Counted from the first letter of the stretch, positions 43,721 to 54,360 are shown. The stretch: 64,000 bases of DNA from a virus (IMGVR_UViG_3300020159_001918:8201-72200); one strand, 5' to 3'. The notes: generated by a model from the letters alone, not told the origin. Made by a program: numbers and translations.

Positions 43721-45820
43721 ATGTCAGAAGAAATCGAAAACGGAAATCCAGATCTAACACCGATTGCTACTAAGCAATCTTCTATGTTCTTATTCAAGTT
43801 AACTGATGATTTCATAGAATCATATAGGTCTAAGTCTGCACCATTTGGATATAGGGATGCAGCTGGGAACTCTGTTGGAGAGATAACTTTTCTTCGTACT
43901 TACTCTAGATTAAAAGAAGATGGAACCAAAGAGACATGGTCTGACGTATGTGAAAGAGTTATTAACGGAATGTACTCTTTGCAAAAAGATCACTGCAAAA
44001 AGAATCGCTTACCATGGAATGATGCTAGAGCACAGGCGAGCGCCAAAGAAGCTTTCGATAGATTATTCAATCTTAAGTGGACTCCTCCTGGTCGTGGTCT
44101 TTGGGCTATGGGTACAAACATTGTAAATATACAAAAGAACTCCGCTGCACTGCAGAACTGTGCGTTTGTTTCTACTGGTGAAATGAATAAGTTTAACCCA
44201 GCAAAACCGTTTGCATTCCTCATGGAAGCATCAATGCTTGGTGTTGGTGTAGGCTTTGATGATAAAGGTGCAGATAAAGATTTTATTATCTATGAGCCAA
44301 AAGAATTAACATCATACATAATACCTGACACTAGAGAAGGTTGGGTTGAGTCCATGGCACTACTGCTTAATTCATACCTCAAAGAGAATCAACCTACATA
44401 TAATTTTGATTATTCTTTAATTCGCCCAAACGGTACTCCGATTAAGACATTTGGTGGAGTAGCTGCTGGTCATGAGCCATTAGAAAGGCTCCATGATCAT
44501 ATAAGAAAAATGTTTACTGGCCGCAAAGGCGACAAGTTAACGCGCATAGACATAGCAGACATAGGAAACGTTATTGGAGTATGTGTAGTATCCGGAAACG
44601 TTCGTCGTTCAGCTGAGTTGTTAATTGGCCGTTTAGATGATCAAGATTTCTTAAACTTAAAAAATTCAGAACGCTTTCCTGAGCGTAACTCATATGATTC
44701 ATCTGCTCCAGGTTGGGGTTGGATGTCTAATAACTCTGTAGAAACAGTAGTTGGCGCAGACTTATCTTCCATAGTAGAAGGCATCTCCCTTAATGGAGAG
44801 CCTGGTGTTCTTTGGATGGACATGTCCCGTAAGTACGGACGTCTAGCTGATCCGCCAAATAATAAGGATCACAGAGTTGCAGGCTATAACCCATGCGCTG
44901 AGCAGTCACTGGAATCATATGAGTGTTGCACCTTGGTGGAGACATATCTCAATCGTCACGACAGTCTAGAGGACTATAAGCGTACTCTAAAGTTCGCATA
45001 CCTCTACGCTAAGACTGTTACGCTCCTTCCTACACACTGGGAAGAGACTAACGCAATCATGCAACGCAATCGTCGCATCGGTGCATCAATGTCTGGTGTT
45101 GCAAACTTTGCTGATCGTGTTGGAGTTCCGGCACTTCGTGAATGGATGGATCAAGGATATAAAACCATTCAGCGATATGACAATGTTTACTCTGAGTGGT
45201 TGGGTATTCGTGAATCTATTAAGATGACGACTATCAAGCCTTCTGGAACCGTATCTATTCTTGCTGGTGAATCACCTGGCGTACACTGGACACCAGGTGG
45301 CAAATACTTTAATAGAACTATCAGATTCTCTAACGAAGATCCGATGTTACCGCTATTTAGAATGGCCAACTACAGGGTTGAACCAGCTTCTGAATCTCCA
45401 AATACAACCTCTGTTGTATATTTCCCAATTAAATCCGACGCTGAAAGAGCTGAAAAAGATGTTACAATCTTTGAAAAAATGTCTTTAGCAGCAACTGCAC
45501 AACGTTATTGGTCAGACAATTCTGTATCTGTAACAATATCTTTTAACAAGAATACCGAGGCGGAACATGTTGGAACTGTATTGCATATGTATGATGGACA
45601 ACTTAAGACGGTATCTTTCTTACCAAGTGGCAACGATACGTATCCACAAATGCCATACACTCAAATAACAGAAGAAGAATATACGGAAGCTTCGACATCG
45701 TTGTTCCCGATAGATTTAACTGGAGTATATGCTGGTATGGCTGCCGATGCAATTGGTGAACGTTACTGCACAACTGATTCTTGTGAAATTAAATTTATCA
45801 AGGACAACACAAAAGCATAG
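43721..45820 (+). CDS. nrdJ: Adenosylcobalamin-dependent (class II) ribonucleoside-triphosphate reductase
   Basis: 699 aa; WTPPGRGLWAMGT, LQNCAFVST, YNPCAEQSLESYECCTLVETYL, KPSGTVSILAGESPGVHWTPG; monomeric RTPR-like size. Confidence 0.88.
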   Translation: MSEEIENGNPDLTPIATKQSSMFLFKLTDDFIESYRSKSAPFGYRDAAGNSVGEITFLRTYSRLKEDGTKETWSDVCERVINGMYSLQKDHCKKNRLPWNDARAQASAKEAFDRLFNLKWTPPGRGLWAMGTNIVNIQKNSAALQNCAFVSTGEMNKFNPAKPFAFLMEASMLGVGVGFDDKGADKDFIIYEPKELTSYIIPDTREGWVESMALLLNSYLKENQPTYNFDYSLIRPNGTPIKTFGGVAAGHEPLERLHDHIRKMFTGRKGDKLTRIDIADIGNVIGVCVVSGNVRRSAELLIGRLDDQDFLNLKNSERFPERNSYDSSAPGWGWMSNNSVETVVGADLSSIVEGISLNGEPGVLWMDMSRKYGRLADPPNNKDHRVAGYNPCAEQSLESYECCTLVETYLNRHDSLEDYKRTLKFAYLYAKTVTLLPTHWEETNAIMQRNRRIGASMSGVANFADRVGVPALREWMDQGYKTIQRYDNVYSEWLGIRESIKMTTIKPSGTVSILAGESPGVHWTPGGKYFNRTIRFSNEDPMLPLFRMANYRVEPASESPNTTSVVYFPIKSDAERAEKDVTIFEKMSLAATAQRYWSDNSVSVTISFNKNTEAEHVGTVLHMYDGQLKTVSFLPSGNDTYPQMPYTQITEEEYTEASTSLFPIDLTGVYAGMAADAIGERYCTTDSCEIKFIKDNTKA

Positions 45821-45831
45821 GGGGGTTTACT

Positions 45832-46191
45832 GTGTCAGATGACAAAAATTTTGATAAGATATTTTCAGAAATAACTTCTCCACAAAACATAGGCTCTATG
45901 CCGGGTATAGTTGGTGCCCTCTCATTAAATAGTGCAAGAGATTATTCTTTGCTTTTGTCTGAATTGATTACAGCTATACAGGAAATAAATTTAATTATTG
46001 TTAATCTTACTGAAGATTGTGATGAACCATTTGTAATACCAGTTGAAGTAGTGGAAATTTTAGAGATGCTATACGCAAAAACAAAAGATTTCAACAACTA
46101 TATGGTAAACTTGGATCAAGATGATATAGGATACTATATCTACATAGACGAAGAAGAAGATTATGACGATGAATCAGAAGACGGAAAATGA
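45832..46191 (+). CDS. Hypothetical acidic protein
   Basis: GTG start, acidic C-terminus, overlaps thyX start. Confidence 0.55.
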   Translation: MSDDKNFDKIFSEITSPQNIGSMPGIVGALSLNSARDYSLLLSELITAIQEINLIIVNLTEDCDEPFVIPVEVVEILEMLYAKTKDFNNYMVNLDQDDIGYYIYIDEEEDYDDESEDGK

Positions 46192-46894
46192 AGATTATGA
46201 TAATAACACAATACCTGTTTTAGACAAGGGTTATGTTAGATTAGTTGATGTTATGGGTAGTGACCTATCCGTAGTTAACGCTGCAAGAGCATCTTTTGCC
46301 AAAGAATCAAATGAGCTTTCTGTACAAGACGCAAGACTAATAGATTTTTTAGCAAGAGAAAATCATATGTCACCGTTCCGTCACGCATTTTTAACATTTG
46401 AATTTAAAGCTCCACTTATGGTTGCTAGACAGCATTGGAAATATGTAGTTGGATCAGATCACACAATGGACTCCTGGAACGAATCTTCCAGAAGGTACAT
46501 AACTATGGATCCAGAATTTTATATACCTGGGCCAGAACAGTGGAGACTCGCTGCAGAGAATAAAAAACAAGGTTCTTCTGGACTAGCTGGTCCTTGGACC
46601 GGTTCCATACTAAACACAGAATTAAAGCAGTTAGTTGACAAGTGTGAATCCATCTATAATATGGCCCTAGAGCAAGGGATTGCTCCAGAGCAAGCTAGGT
46701 TATTCTTGCCAGCATATGGTATGTACGTTACATATAGGTGGTCATGCAGTCTTCAGTCTGTGGCTTTATTTTTAAATCAAAGATTAGGCGAAGAATCGCA
46801 AGTAGAGATTCAAGAGTATGCAAAAGCTGTGTTTAATCTAACAAAAGAAAAGTTTCCAGTATCAATAGATAGACTGGTTTCAATACATGTATAA
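46163..46894 (+). CDS. thyX: Flavin-dependent thymidylate synthase
   Basis: MVARQHWKYVVGS...WNESSRRYITM; FPVSIDRLVSIHV tail. Confidence 0.88.
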   Translation: MTMNQKTENEDYDNNTIPVLDKGYVRLVDVMGSDLSVVNAARASFAKESNELSVQDARLIDFLARENHMSPFRHAFLTFEFKAPLMVARQHWKYVVGSDHTMDSWNESSRRYITMDPEFYIPGPEQWRLAAENKKQGSSGLAGPWTGSILNTELKQLVDKCESIYNMALEQGIAPEQARLFLPAYGMYVTYRWSCSLQSVALFLNQRLGEESQVEIQEYAKAVFNLTKEKFPVSIDRLVSIHV

Positions 46895-47057
46895 AAACAT
46901 ACTATTGTTTATAATATTTTCTTTTTTAATTAATTGGACTATAAGTTTACAAATGTTAAATCAATCTTCTAAACAGAAGAGTATCAAGTTTACGGCAATC
47001 GCATTAGCTTTGACTACAGGAACTATTGCAGGATTTATAATTTCTCTTATACCATGA
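46887..47057 (+). CDS. Small predicted membrane protein (56 aa)
   Basis: MYKNILLFIIFSFLINWTISLQM...LTTGTIAGFIISLIP; overlaps thyX end, ATGA with next gene; below the ORF-track cutoff. Confidence 0.5.
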   Translation: MYKNILLFIIFSFLINWTISLQMLNQSSKQKSIKFTAIALALTTGTIAGFIISLIP

Positions 47058-47518
47058 CTGTAATATCTAAAAAAGATATACAGTTTATGAAGATGTGTAT
47101 CGATAGTTCAAAAACATTTTCTACTTGTGGTAAAAAGCAATACGCAGCTATGTTAGTGGATGAGTATAACCACATAGTTGGATTTGGATACAATGGTGGA
47201 CCAAGAGGTTTCCTACACTGTAACGAGGGTGGCTGTAAACGCTTTTTGGAAAACTCAAATAGCGGATCAGCATATGACAATTGTATAGCAATTCACGCAG
47301 AAGCAAACGCCTTACTTCATTCTGATTACAGTTCAAGGCCAAAAAAAATATATGTAAATGGTCCTCCTTGTTTTAGTTGCGCTAAGTTGATAGCCAACAG
47401 CACCCTAGATACTGTATACTATCTGTATGATTCTGACTATAAGAACTGGGAAGATGTGGAATCTTTTTTATTAAAAGCAAATGTAGAGACTATAAGGATA
47501 GATAATGGCAGCTTCTAA
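47054..47518 (+). CDS. dCMP/cytidine deaminase family
   Basis: HAEANALLH and PPCFSCAKLI zinc motifs. Confidence 0.85.
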   Translation: MTVISKKDIQFMKMCIDSSKTFSTCGKKQYAAMLVDEYNHIVGFGYNGGPRGFLHCNEGGCKRFLENSNSGSAYDNCIAIHAEANALLHSDYSSRPKKIYVNGPPCFSCAKLIANSTLDTVYYLYDSDYKNWEDVESFLLKANVETIRIDNGSF

Positions 47519-47747
47519 ATTAAATTATATTGTAGTATACAAAAATCATAGTCAGGTCTATGGTTGTTCCTCTAAAAAAATAGCTTTAGAATCACCTCCA
47601 CCAGAGGGCTATACAAACGATGATAAGAGAATACTTTTTGCAACATTTGAACCAGATACAAGTTCTTTGTGTGTTTACCCTGTATCATTAGATGATATAG
47701 AACTTGAAGAAGTAAAAGTTAAGAAAGCTAAGAAGAAAAATGACTAA
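47505..47747 (+). CDS. Hypothetical protein
   Basis: Compact overlapping ORF. Confidence 0.5.
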   Translation: MAASKLNYIVVYKNHSQVYGCSSKKIALESPPPEGYTNDDKRILFATFEPDTSSLCVYPVSLDDIELEEVKVKKAKKKND

Positions 47748-47982
47748 GAAAAAAATAGAAAAAAAGAAAGTAAATATTAAACTTGAATCTGGGCAAACAT
47801 ATTTAGTTACTTCCATAGATGAGATGTTGCAAATAGCAAATTCTTTGATACACTTAGCTTCTTCAATCAAGGATGAAAAAGACAAATTGTCTATACTTGG
47901 TTTAAGCGAAGAAGCAGTAAAAGCAATGACCGAAAACAAATTTATAGGAGGATCTTCAGATGAAGATGAAGATTGGAATTAG
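47740..47982 (+). CDS. Hypothetical protein
   Basis: Compact overlapping ORF. Confidence 0.5.
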   Translation: MTKKKIEKKKVNIKLESGQTYLVTSIDEMLQIANSLIHLASSIKDEKDKLSILGLSEEAVKAMTENKFIGGSSDEDEDWN

Positions 47983-48238
47983 TATCATAGTGGTGGCAGC
48001 ATGTTCTTATTTGGTGTATAGTCAAAAAAGAAAAGTTAGGTATGATTATTTCAACGATGTTTCAGAAGATTACTTTAAAGAATATCCACAGGGATATAAT
48101 CCACAAAGTAGTTTCATAGAATTCTTTGATAAGGAAAATATAAAAGAAGCCTTTAGTAGATATGATAAATATCTAGATCTTGGTTTGAATAAAGAAGACG
48201 CATTTAAGTCTGTAGTGGAAGACAAGAGAAATAAATGA
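47960..48238 (+). CDS. Hypothetical protein with N-terminal membrane segment
   Basis: MKMKIGISIIVVAACSYLVYSQKR. Confidence 0.55.
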   Translation: MKMKIGISIIVVAACSYLVYSQKRKVRYDYFNDVSEDYFKEYPQGYNPQSSFIEFFDKENIKEAFSRYDKYLDLGLNKEDAFKSVVEDKRNK

Positions 48239-49038
48239 TAGATTTATGTGTAGTCAATTATAATACCAAGTCTCTTTTAGAAAGATTTCTAAACACACTT
48301 CATGCTGATTTTATTACAAGTGGAAAAGTTTGGAATTTAAATATCTGCGATAATGGTTCTACTGATGGTAGCTTTGAATGGCTAGAGGAAAATAAAGATA
48401 CTTATTACATAGCTAATGGTTGGAAAAAAGCTAACATAGGCTATTCAGCAGCTTGTAACTTCATGGCTTCATCGACATACGGTGATGTGATAGGACTGCT
48501 AAATGCAGATGTTTGGCTCACAAGTCAAGATCTAATTGATATAGATAATATCTTTCAATCCAATCCTGATATACATATACTTGGCCCAAAACAACGTGAT
48601 GAAAAAGGTCATATTACACATGCGGGAATAGTTGGATCAAACACTGCTCCAGCTCATCGTGGTTGGCATCAGCTTGACGTAGAAGATGTTCTTTACAGGG
48701 ATAGAGTAGAGTGCGTAACCGTATCTGGATCAGCGTATTTTATTAGAAGATCGGTTTGGGAAGCGCTAACCAATGATGAGGAATATCAAAAGATGTACCC
48801 AGGCGCATTAGGAGCCTTCCTGCCGACTCCTCACTACTATGAGGAGACGTGGTGCTCATACTTTGCTCGTCATCGTGGTTACAACGTAGTATACGACGGC
48901 AGCGTATCTATTGGGCATAGCTGGCACGCTTCTTCCCCTAAGCCAGGCGAAGGGTATAGTCATGCAGATTCACAGTTTAGATTAAGTCAATCAATATTTC
49001 GCAAAGCCTGCGATACAATAGGAATAGAAAGAGATTAA
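48235..49038 (+). CDS. Glycosyltransferase family 2
   Basis: IDLCVVNYNTKSLLERFLNTL, NICDNGSTDGSFEWL, GLLNADVWL. Confidence 0.85.
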   Translation: MIDLCVVNYNTKSLLERFLNTLHADFITSGKVWNLNICDNGSTDGSFEWLEENKDTYYIANGWKKANIGYSAACNFMASSTYGDVIGLLNADVWLTSQDLIDIDNIFQSNPDIHILGPKQRDEKGHITHAGIVGSNTAPAHRGWHQLDVEDVLYRDRVECVTVSGSAYFIRRSVWEALTNDEEYQKMYPGALGAFLPTPHYYEETWCSYFARHRGYNVVYDGSVSIGHSWHASSPKPGEGYSHADSQFRLSQSIFRKACDTIGIERD

Positions 49039-49039
49039 A

Positions 49040-49441
49040 ATGTCAGATCAATTTAATGTTTACCTTTACAATGCAGAAGTAGTTAAGATAGTAGACGGAG
49101 ACACATTCAAGATCAATATAGATCTTGGTTTTGAGGTTCACATTGGACCAAAGAGTGTCAGACTATACGGCGTTAACACACCAGAAAGCCGTACAACAAA
49201 CTTGGAAGAAAAGAAGATGGGCCTTGCTGCAAAAGAGTTCACTGATCAATGGATTAAGAAAGCTAATAGTAAAGTAAAGATCGAAACCATTCTTGATAAG
49301 AACGAGAAGTATGGCAGAATCCTAGCTAGAGTATGGAACGAAGCTGGCGAATGTCTCAACACTGAAATTGTCAAAGCCGGACTAGCCAGAGAATACTTTG
49401 GTGTAGGCGATAAAACATTTGAGGAATTCAAGAAGGCATAG
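49040..49441 (+). CDS. Staphylococcal nuclease-like (SNase) endonuclease
   Basis: EVVKIVDGDTFKI, SVRLYGVNTPES, KYGRILARVW. Confidence 0.88.
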   Translation: MSDQFNVYLYNAEVVKIVDGDTFKINIDLGFEVHIGPKSVRLYGVNTPESRTTNLEEKKMGLAAKEFTDQWIKKANSKVKIETILDKNEKYGRILARVWNEAGECLNTEIVKAGLAREYFGVGDKTFEEFKKA

Positions 49442-49854
49442 TGCAAACTAGAGTATTTCTATCGGGTGCCATAGAAGACATTCAATCTGACTTTAAATAT
49501 AGTTGGAGAAATGAGGCGACTTCTCTTTTAGGTCACAGAGGCTTTAAAGCTGTCAATCCAATGGATTATGCTCTAGAAGAGGAAGACTGCCAACCAAAAG
49601 AAATAGTAGACAAAAATCTCTTTCTGCAAAAGAGCTGTGATATTATTTTAGTAGAATATACATTACTCTATAGGGCATACATTGGAACAGACTTTGAGAT
49701 GACCTGGGCGCATCTAAATAATCAACCAGTAATTGTTTGGGCTCATCAAGATATACAGCATAGAATTTATCTTAAGTTTCTTGCCACAAAAGTTGCAGAT
49801 ACTCTTGAAGAGGCTGTAGAATATATATCTAATACATATCCATCAACTAAATAA
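49441..49854 (+). CDS. Nucleoside 2-deoxyribosyltransferase-like protein
   Basis: VFLSGAIEDI...NPMDY...CDIILVEY..YIGTDFEMTWAH. Confidence 0.6.
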   Translation: MQTRVFLSGAIEDIQSDFKYSWRNEATSLLGHRGFKAVNPMDYALEEEDCQPKEIVDKNLFLQKSCDIILVEYTLLYRAYIGTDFEMTWAHLNNQPVIVWAHQDIQHRIYLKFLATKVADTLEEAVEYISNTYPSTK

Positions 49855-49864
49855 AGGAAATAAT

Positions 49865-50047
49865 ATGGCAGAAAATAAGTTTAACTATTTTGAAGTAACC
49901 ACTTCTTATGTTGTTAAGGCCAAGAATAAGTCAGAGGCTGAAAAGGTAGTTCTTGGACGTCGTGGCGTTAAGGGCGAAGTTATTACTAGTAAGACTAATG
50001 TAGATCGAATCTCGGCTGTAGAAGTCCGAGAAATGTTGGAGATCTAA
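49865..50047 (+). CDS. Hypothetical protein (60 aa)
   Basis: ORF with AAAGGAAAT upstream. Confidence 0.55.
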   Translation: MAENKFNYFEVTTSYVVKAKNKSEAEKVVLGRRGVKGEVITSKTNVDRISAVEVREMLEI

Positions 50048-50061
50048 AAATCCTATTAACT

Positions 50062-50095
50062 AGAGGGTAGCACTATTCACTTAGTGTTACCCTCT
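50062..50095. terminator. 14-bp hairpin in intergenic gap (terminator or mRNA processing/stability structure)
   Basis: agagggtagcacta-ttcact-tagtgttaccctct; no clear T-tract. Confidence 0.5.
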
Positions 50096-50115
50096 ATAAA
50101 CCTTAAGGAAAGTAT

Positions 50116-50817
50116 ATGATATACGCTCAAATGGTGGGCAGAAATGAAGAGGGAAGATTTCTAGAGGAAGTTCTAGAAAGGCTTTCACAGCAAGTAGATG
50201 GTATTATTTTTACCGATGATTGCTCTACTGATAACACAGCCAAAATAGCAGAAAAATATTGTCATGTTTATTCAACTCCAGAGCAACTGTTCACAAAGCA
50301 TGAGGGTCAACTAAGAGCTTTTGCTTGGTCTAATATGTGCCAGCATGCAAAACTCGGTGACTGGATTGTAGCAATCGATTGTGACGAAATGTTGTATAAT
50401 AAAAATGATATAGACAATCTTGATATTTCATCTGTTCTATCAAATTCGCCTTATGATGTTGCCAATGTTCGTTTTTATCATATGTGGAACGAGAATCAAT
50501 GGCGTACAGATAAGCTATGGGCTCCAAATAATAGCAGTAGAATATTTAGGTTTAAAGAAAATGGCGGCTTTGCTAATAGAAGGTTAGCTTGCGGTTCAGA
50601 ACCTACATATGTAGTTGACTGGATTGGACAAAGAAATTTCTGGATTGATTCAGGGCTAGTTATGAAACATCTTGGATACGTAAGAGACGAAGATAAGATC
50701 TCTAAGCATCAAAGGTATTCGACTTTAGACGGTGGAGAATTTCACGCATTAAATCATATCAACTCAATAATAGACCCAAATCCAGTCTTGATTGACTGGG
50801 GAAATTTCTTAAGGTAG
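50116..50817 (+). CDS. Glycosyltransferase family 2-like protein
   Basis: GIIFTDDCSTDNTAKIAEKY..WIVAIDCDEML. Confidence 0.75.
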   Translation: MIYAQMVGRNEEGRFLEEVLERLSQQVDGIIFTDDCSTDNTAKIAEKYCHVYSTPEQLFTKHEGQLRAFAWSNMCQHAKLGDWIVAIDCDEMLYNKNDIDNLDISSVLSNSPYDVANVRFYHMWNENQWRTDKLWAPNNSSRIFRFKENGGFANRRLACGSEPTYVVDWIGQRNFWIDSGLVMKHLGYVRDEDKISKHQRYSTLDGGEFHALNHINSIIDPNPVLIDWGNFLR

Positions 50818-50822
50818 GAAAA

Positions 50823-51497
50823 ATGAAAAAAGATATTAGAATTGCAACACACGCACAAACGATTCAATCGCTAACTTTAAAAATGTTATCTAAGGAACGT
50901 TTTGCTTATGTTAATTTTCCTCGATCAGCACTCATTGCTATGGGTAGTCCAGATATGAAGAAAGCTTCTAAGGACTTTAGTGATTCAATAAGTAAATCAT
51001 TTAGTATTAATGATAAGAATTTTATGAAAGGAATACCTTTAGCTTTTGTAAATTCTAATGATTCAGATAATGAATTAGATTATTCAAAAGTGGATTCTAA
51101 TCAGACATACTATAACTCAACAACACTTGAAAATTATTTCAATAATAATGAAGTAGCTTTTACATCTTTTGTAGACTTTTACATAAGAAATACCCCATAT
51201 GTTGTAGTTACATTTCATGATAGAAAAGTAATTACAAGGGTTTTAGGATCACCTGTGGACACAATTTATGTTCCATATAATGATTATTATGATAAGTTAG
51301 ATTCTATAATTGAAACTCTGGCAATCTATACAAGTAAAGTTGATACAGTTATTTTGGATTGTCCGCTACTTTCCGCTGCTTTAGCTGGTAAAATATGGGA
51401 CGAATTAAATTTTTCTATAATAGATTTTGGGAAGGTAATCGGTTTTGCTCGAGCAAGATTTAGCAATAGGATTTCCCAAAATGAAAAAACAGATTGA
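50823..51497 (+). CDS. Hypothetical protein
   Basis: Complete ORF. Confidence 0.55.
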   Translation: MKKDIRIATHAQTIQSLTLKMLSKERFAYVNFPRSALIAMGSPDMKKASKDFSDSISKSFSINDKNFMKGIPLAFVNSNDSDNELDYSKVDSNQTYYNSTTLENYFNNNEVAFTSFVDFYIRNTPYVVVTFHDRKVITRVLGSPVDTIYVPYNDYYDKLDSIIETLAIYTSKVDTVILDCPLLSAALAGKIWDELNFSIIDFGKVIGFARARFSNRISQNEKTD

Positions 51498-52125
51498 AGA
51501 TAAAGAAGATGATCTATTTTTAATAGATCTTTTATTTGAATCAGATCTAACTATTTCAGCTATAGCCAAAGAACTTGGTTATTCATTTACTCAGTTAAAT
51601 AAAAAGATTAATTCACTTGGTCTTTCTTGGATTAAAGAGCAAAAGAAAAAAACATCAAGAGGTCAAGCTGCGCTTACTCAGGCAATGCAAAAGCTTTTTC
51701 CTGGACAAAAGATCATAAACGAACATCACATAGGTGAGCGATTAAGAATCGATGTATATTGTCCAGAATATAGAATAGGTGCAGAGTTTCATGGTAGGCA
51801 GCACTTCTATTATACTGAAAGATTTTTTGAATCAAAATATGATTTTATTCAGGCTCAAAAAAGAGATGAAAGAAAATTAGAACTTTGCAAGCAAGAAGGA
51901 ATAACATTAGTTGTATTTAGATACAATGATGAGCTGAGTGAACAAGCTGTTTATGATAGACTATTGCAGGCAATAAGATTAAGTCCTAATGTTCCAGAGA
52001 ATATAAAGACGAATAAAAAGAGCATTACTCAAAATAAATTTTATCAGGATAGAAAAAAGCAATACAACGAAAGAAAGAAAGAGACATATAAAAAAATGAA
52101 AAAGAGAAGAGATAATCATGAGTGA
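51481..52125 (+). CDS. Putative PD-(D/E)XK-like nuclease with N-terminal HTH-like region
   Basis: LRIDVYCPEYRIGAEFHGRQHF...KRDERKLELCKQEGITLVVFRY. Confidence 0.55.
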   Translation: MKKQIEDKEDDLFLIDLLFESDLTISAIAKELGYSFTQLNKKINSLGLSWIKEQKKKTSRGQAALTQAMQKLFPGQKIINEHHIGERLRIDVYCPEYRIGAEFHGRQHFYYTERFFESKYDFIQAQKRDERKLELCKQEGITLVVFRYNDELSEQAVYDRLLQAIRLSPNVPENIKTNKKSITQNKFYQDRKKQYNERKKETYKKMKKRRDNHE

Positions 52126-53569
52126 TATTGAATCTTCTCCTGTAACTCAACCAATTGAGTATCAGATATTTGCTCTTTCATTTAGAGAAAAGGGAGCAAT
52201 ATCTTACTTTAAAGATAATTTAGATCCACAGATTGTTGGGATTAACGATAATCAACACGGTGTTCATGAATTCTACAATGCTCTTTTGTCATATGTTTCT
52301 AGTACAGATCTAGATATAGTCGATCCAATAGTATTCAAGAATTGGATACAACTAGAAAGCCGTGTCTTTGAGGCGCTCAATGGAGACGAGGGAGTTAATG
52401 CTCTTATGAGTGTCCTCTCTGATATGCAGTTGGCTAGCCCTGAAGCTGTTGTTCAAGTTCTTAAACATAAAGATAATAAAATTAAACAGAAAAATTATTT
52501 AAAAGAGTTAGAGATAATTATAAGCCAAAAAGGTATAAAAACCGAAGAAGATCTTGCGAGAATGTCTGAGATTTCTAATCTCATTAATGACTTAGAGAAC
52601 AGTGCTAGTTATGATCCGCTTGATGGAGTTGTAACAGCTAATCAAATAATAGAAAAGATTGACTCACTATTAGATACTCCAGACTTCTTGCCAACTCAGT
52701 TTAAGTCTTTAAATAGAGCAATGGGCTACACCAATGAGGGAGGCTTCTTTAAGGGAGCGGTACATGCGATCATAGCAGCCTCTGGAAAGGGCAAGAGTAC
52801 GTTTGCTAAATGTCTAGTAAATAACTGGTTAGATTGTGGATATAAAGCTTTATACATAAACTTTGAAGAAGCCAGAAATCACTGGGAACGTATATTAATG
52901 ACCCAGATAACTGGCAAGAACGTTTATTCAGAAGTGGATAAATGGTCTGAAGAAGAAAAAAATAAACACATTAAAACTTTTACAGATAAGTTAACCGAAT
53001 GGGGTGATCGTCTAATGGTTAAGCATGATCCAGACACTCCATATTTTGAGGACTTAGAGAGCTGGCTAAGAGATATCTTAATTCAGGGCGAACACATGCC
53101 GGACGTCATAGTTATCGACACTATCCAATCAATGTTTACTAGATCTAAGGGTAAAGCTAGATGGGGTGAATTCGAAGAAATGATGGTTCGTCTTGAAAAA
53201 ATAGCTAGAGATATGAATTGTGTATTGATAATCACTGCGCAAGAAAACTCAAATAGAATGAAAGAAAAAAGAGAAATAGTCATGCAGTCGGATACTGGTG
53301 GCTCTTTAGCTATACAACAAAAGTGTGCAGTAACTATATTTATTACAGAAAAGAAATTAGTTAGTGGTGATGATTCAGAAGATGAAAACGTAATGCAGTT
53401 GCAGATACCAAAAAATAGAATTACTGGTTCAACATTTTCTTACGAGCCACCACTTGTCAGATATGTGGATTCCAAAAAGTCTTATGTAGAGTATGAAATG
53501 GTTACACCCGCATCCTATGACGCCTCATCAATTCTAGATGATTTATTAAACAATGGAGATTTTACCTAA
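52118..53569 (+). CDS. DnaB-like replicative helicase
   Basis: Walker A-like AIIAASGKGKSTFAKCL, ALYINFEEA, VIVIDTIQSMFT; RecA-like core. Confidence 0.8.
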   Translation: MSDIESSPVTQPIEYQIFALSFREKGAISYFKDNLDPQIVGINDNQHGVHEFYNALLSYVSSTDLDIVDPIVFKNWIQLESRVFEALNGDEGVNALMSVLSDMQLASPEAVVQVLKHKDNKIKQKNYLKELEIIISQKGIKTEEDLARMSEISNLINDLENSASYDPLDGVVTANQIIEKIDSLLDTPDFLPTQFKSLNRAMGYTNEGGFFKGAVHAIIAASGKGKSTFAKCLVNNWLDCGYKALYINFEEARNHWERILMTQITGKNVYSEVDKWSEEEKNKHIKTFTDKLTEWGDRLMVKHDPDTPYFEDLESWLRDILIQGEHMPDVIVIDTIQSMFTRSKGKARWGEFEEMMVRLEKIARDMNCVLIITAQENSNRMKEKREIVMQSDTGGSLAIQQKCAVTIFITEKKLVSGDDSEDENVMQLQIPKNRITGSTFSYEPPLVRYVDSKKSYVEYEMVTPASYDASSILDDLLNNGDFT

Positions 53570-54360
53570 TGAAATTAATTACACCAGAATCCTTAAAAGA
53601 CTTTCAGACTTGTTCATTATTATATGAATATAGATATAATCAAAAACTACCGGAGTCAATAGGTGGTAGAGATCTATTATCTCTTAGATTTGAAAATACA
53701 CTAAAAGAAATTATATATTACTTCTTTTACAAAAAACAAGGCGGCTACACACCATCATACGCATCACTTTTGAATAGATGGGAAAAACTTTGGTTTGCCG
53801 ATAATGTTTCATCATATGACATTATGACAGAGCAACATGAAAGCGCGTATGGAAATAGTGCTAGCCTTACGACCAAGGCCGCTTCTGCTCTATTGTCTTT
53901 CTATGAAAACTTTTCAGATGAAGAATATATACCGATTGCAATAAATGAAGATTGCATTATGCCAGTTACTCCAAAGGTTAAGATAAAAGATAAATTTGAT
54001 ATTATACTTTATAAAAATAATAAATATTATGTTATTAAGATAATGTTTAACTATAAGAACAGTCATCAGTATATGTATCAAGTAAACTTTGCTACCATGT
54101 ACAACGCGTTTGCGGTAAAGCATGGTGAAAGAATTTCTAAAGCATCTTTTGGCTATATAGATTTATTAACTTCTAAAGTTTGTTTTGTTGATTTCGAGAT
54201 AACAAAAGAAGATCTTGACTCTTTAAGATTTTGGGCTGATGAATTAGAGCAAGCAGAAAAATTTATTCCAAGAAGAGGGTTGACCTGGTATTGTAAAAAA
54301 TGTCCGTTTGATAAACCCTGTTCTAAGTGGTCAAATTGGTCAAAAGATGCAGACGAATAG
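53569..54360 (+). CDS. PD-(D/E)XK / Cas4-RecB-like nuclease
   Basis: FQTCSLLYEYRY N-terminus, IKDKFDIILYKNNKYYVIKI, C-terminal CKKCPFDKPCSKW. Confidence 0.65.
   Translation: MKLITPESLKDFQTCSLLYEYRYNQKLPESIGGRDLLSLRFENTLKEIIYYFFYKKQGGYTPSYASLLNRWEKLWFADNVSSYDIMTEQHESAYGNSASLTTKAASALLSFYENFSDEEYIPIAINEDCIMPVTPKVKIKDKFDIILYKNNKYYVIKIMFNYKNSHQYMYQVNFATMYNAFAVKHGERISKASFGYIDLLTSKVCFVDFEITKEDLDSLRFWADELEQAEKFIPRRGLTWYCKKCPFDKPCSKWSNWSKDADE

Noticed and set aside
47505-48238. Overlapping small ORFs as an unusual regulatory cassette
   Set aside because: They look like ordinary compact phage early genes with ATGA-type or short overlaps; no distinguishing feature.
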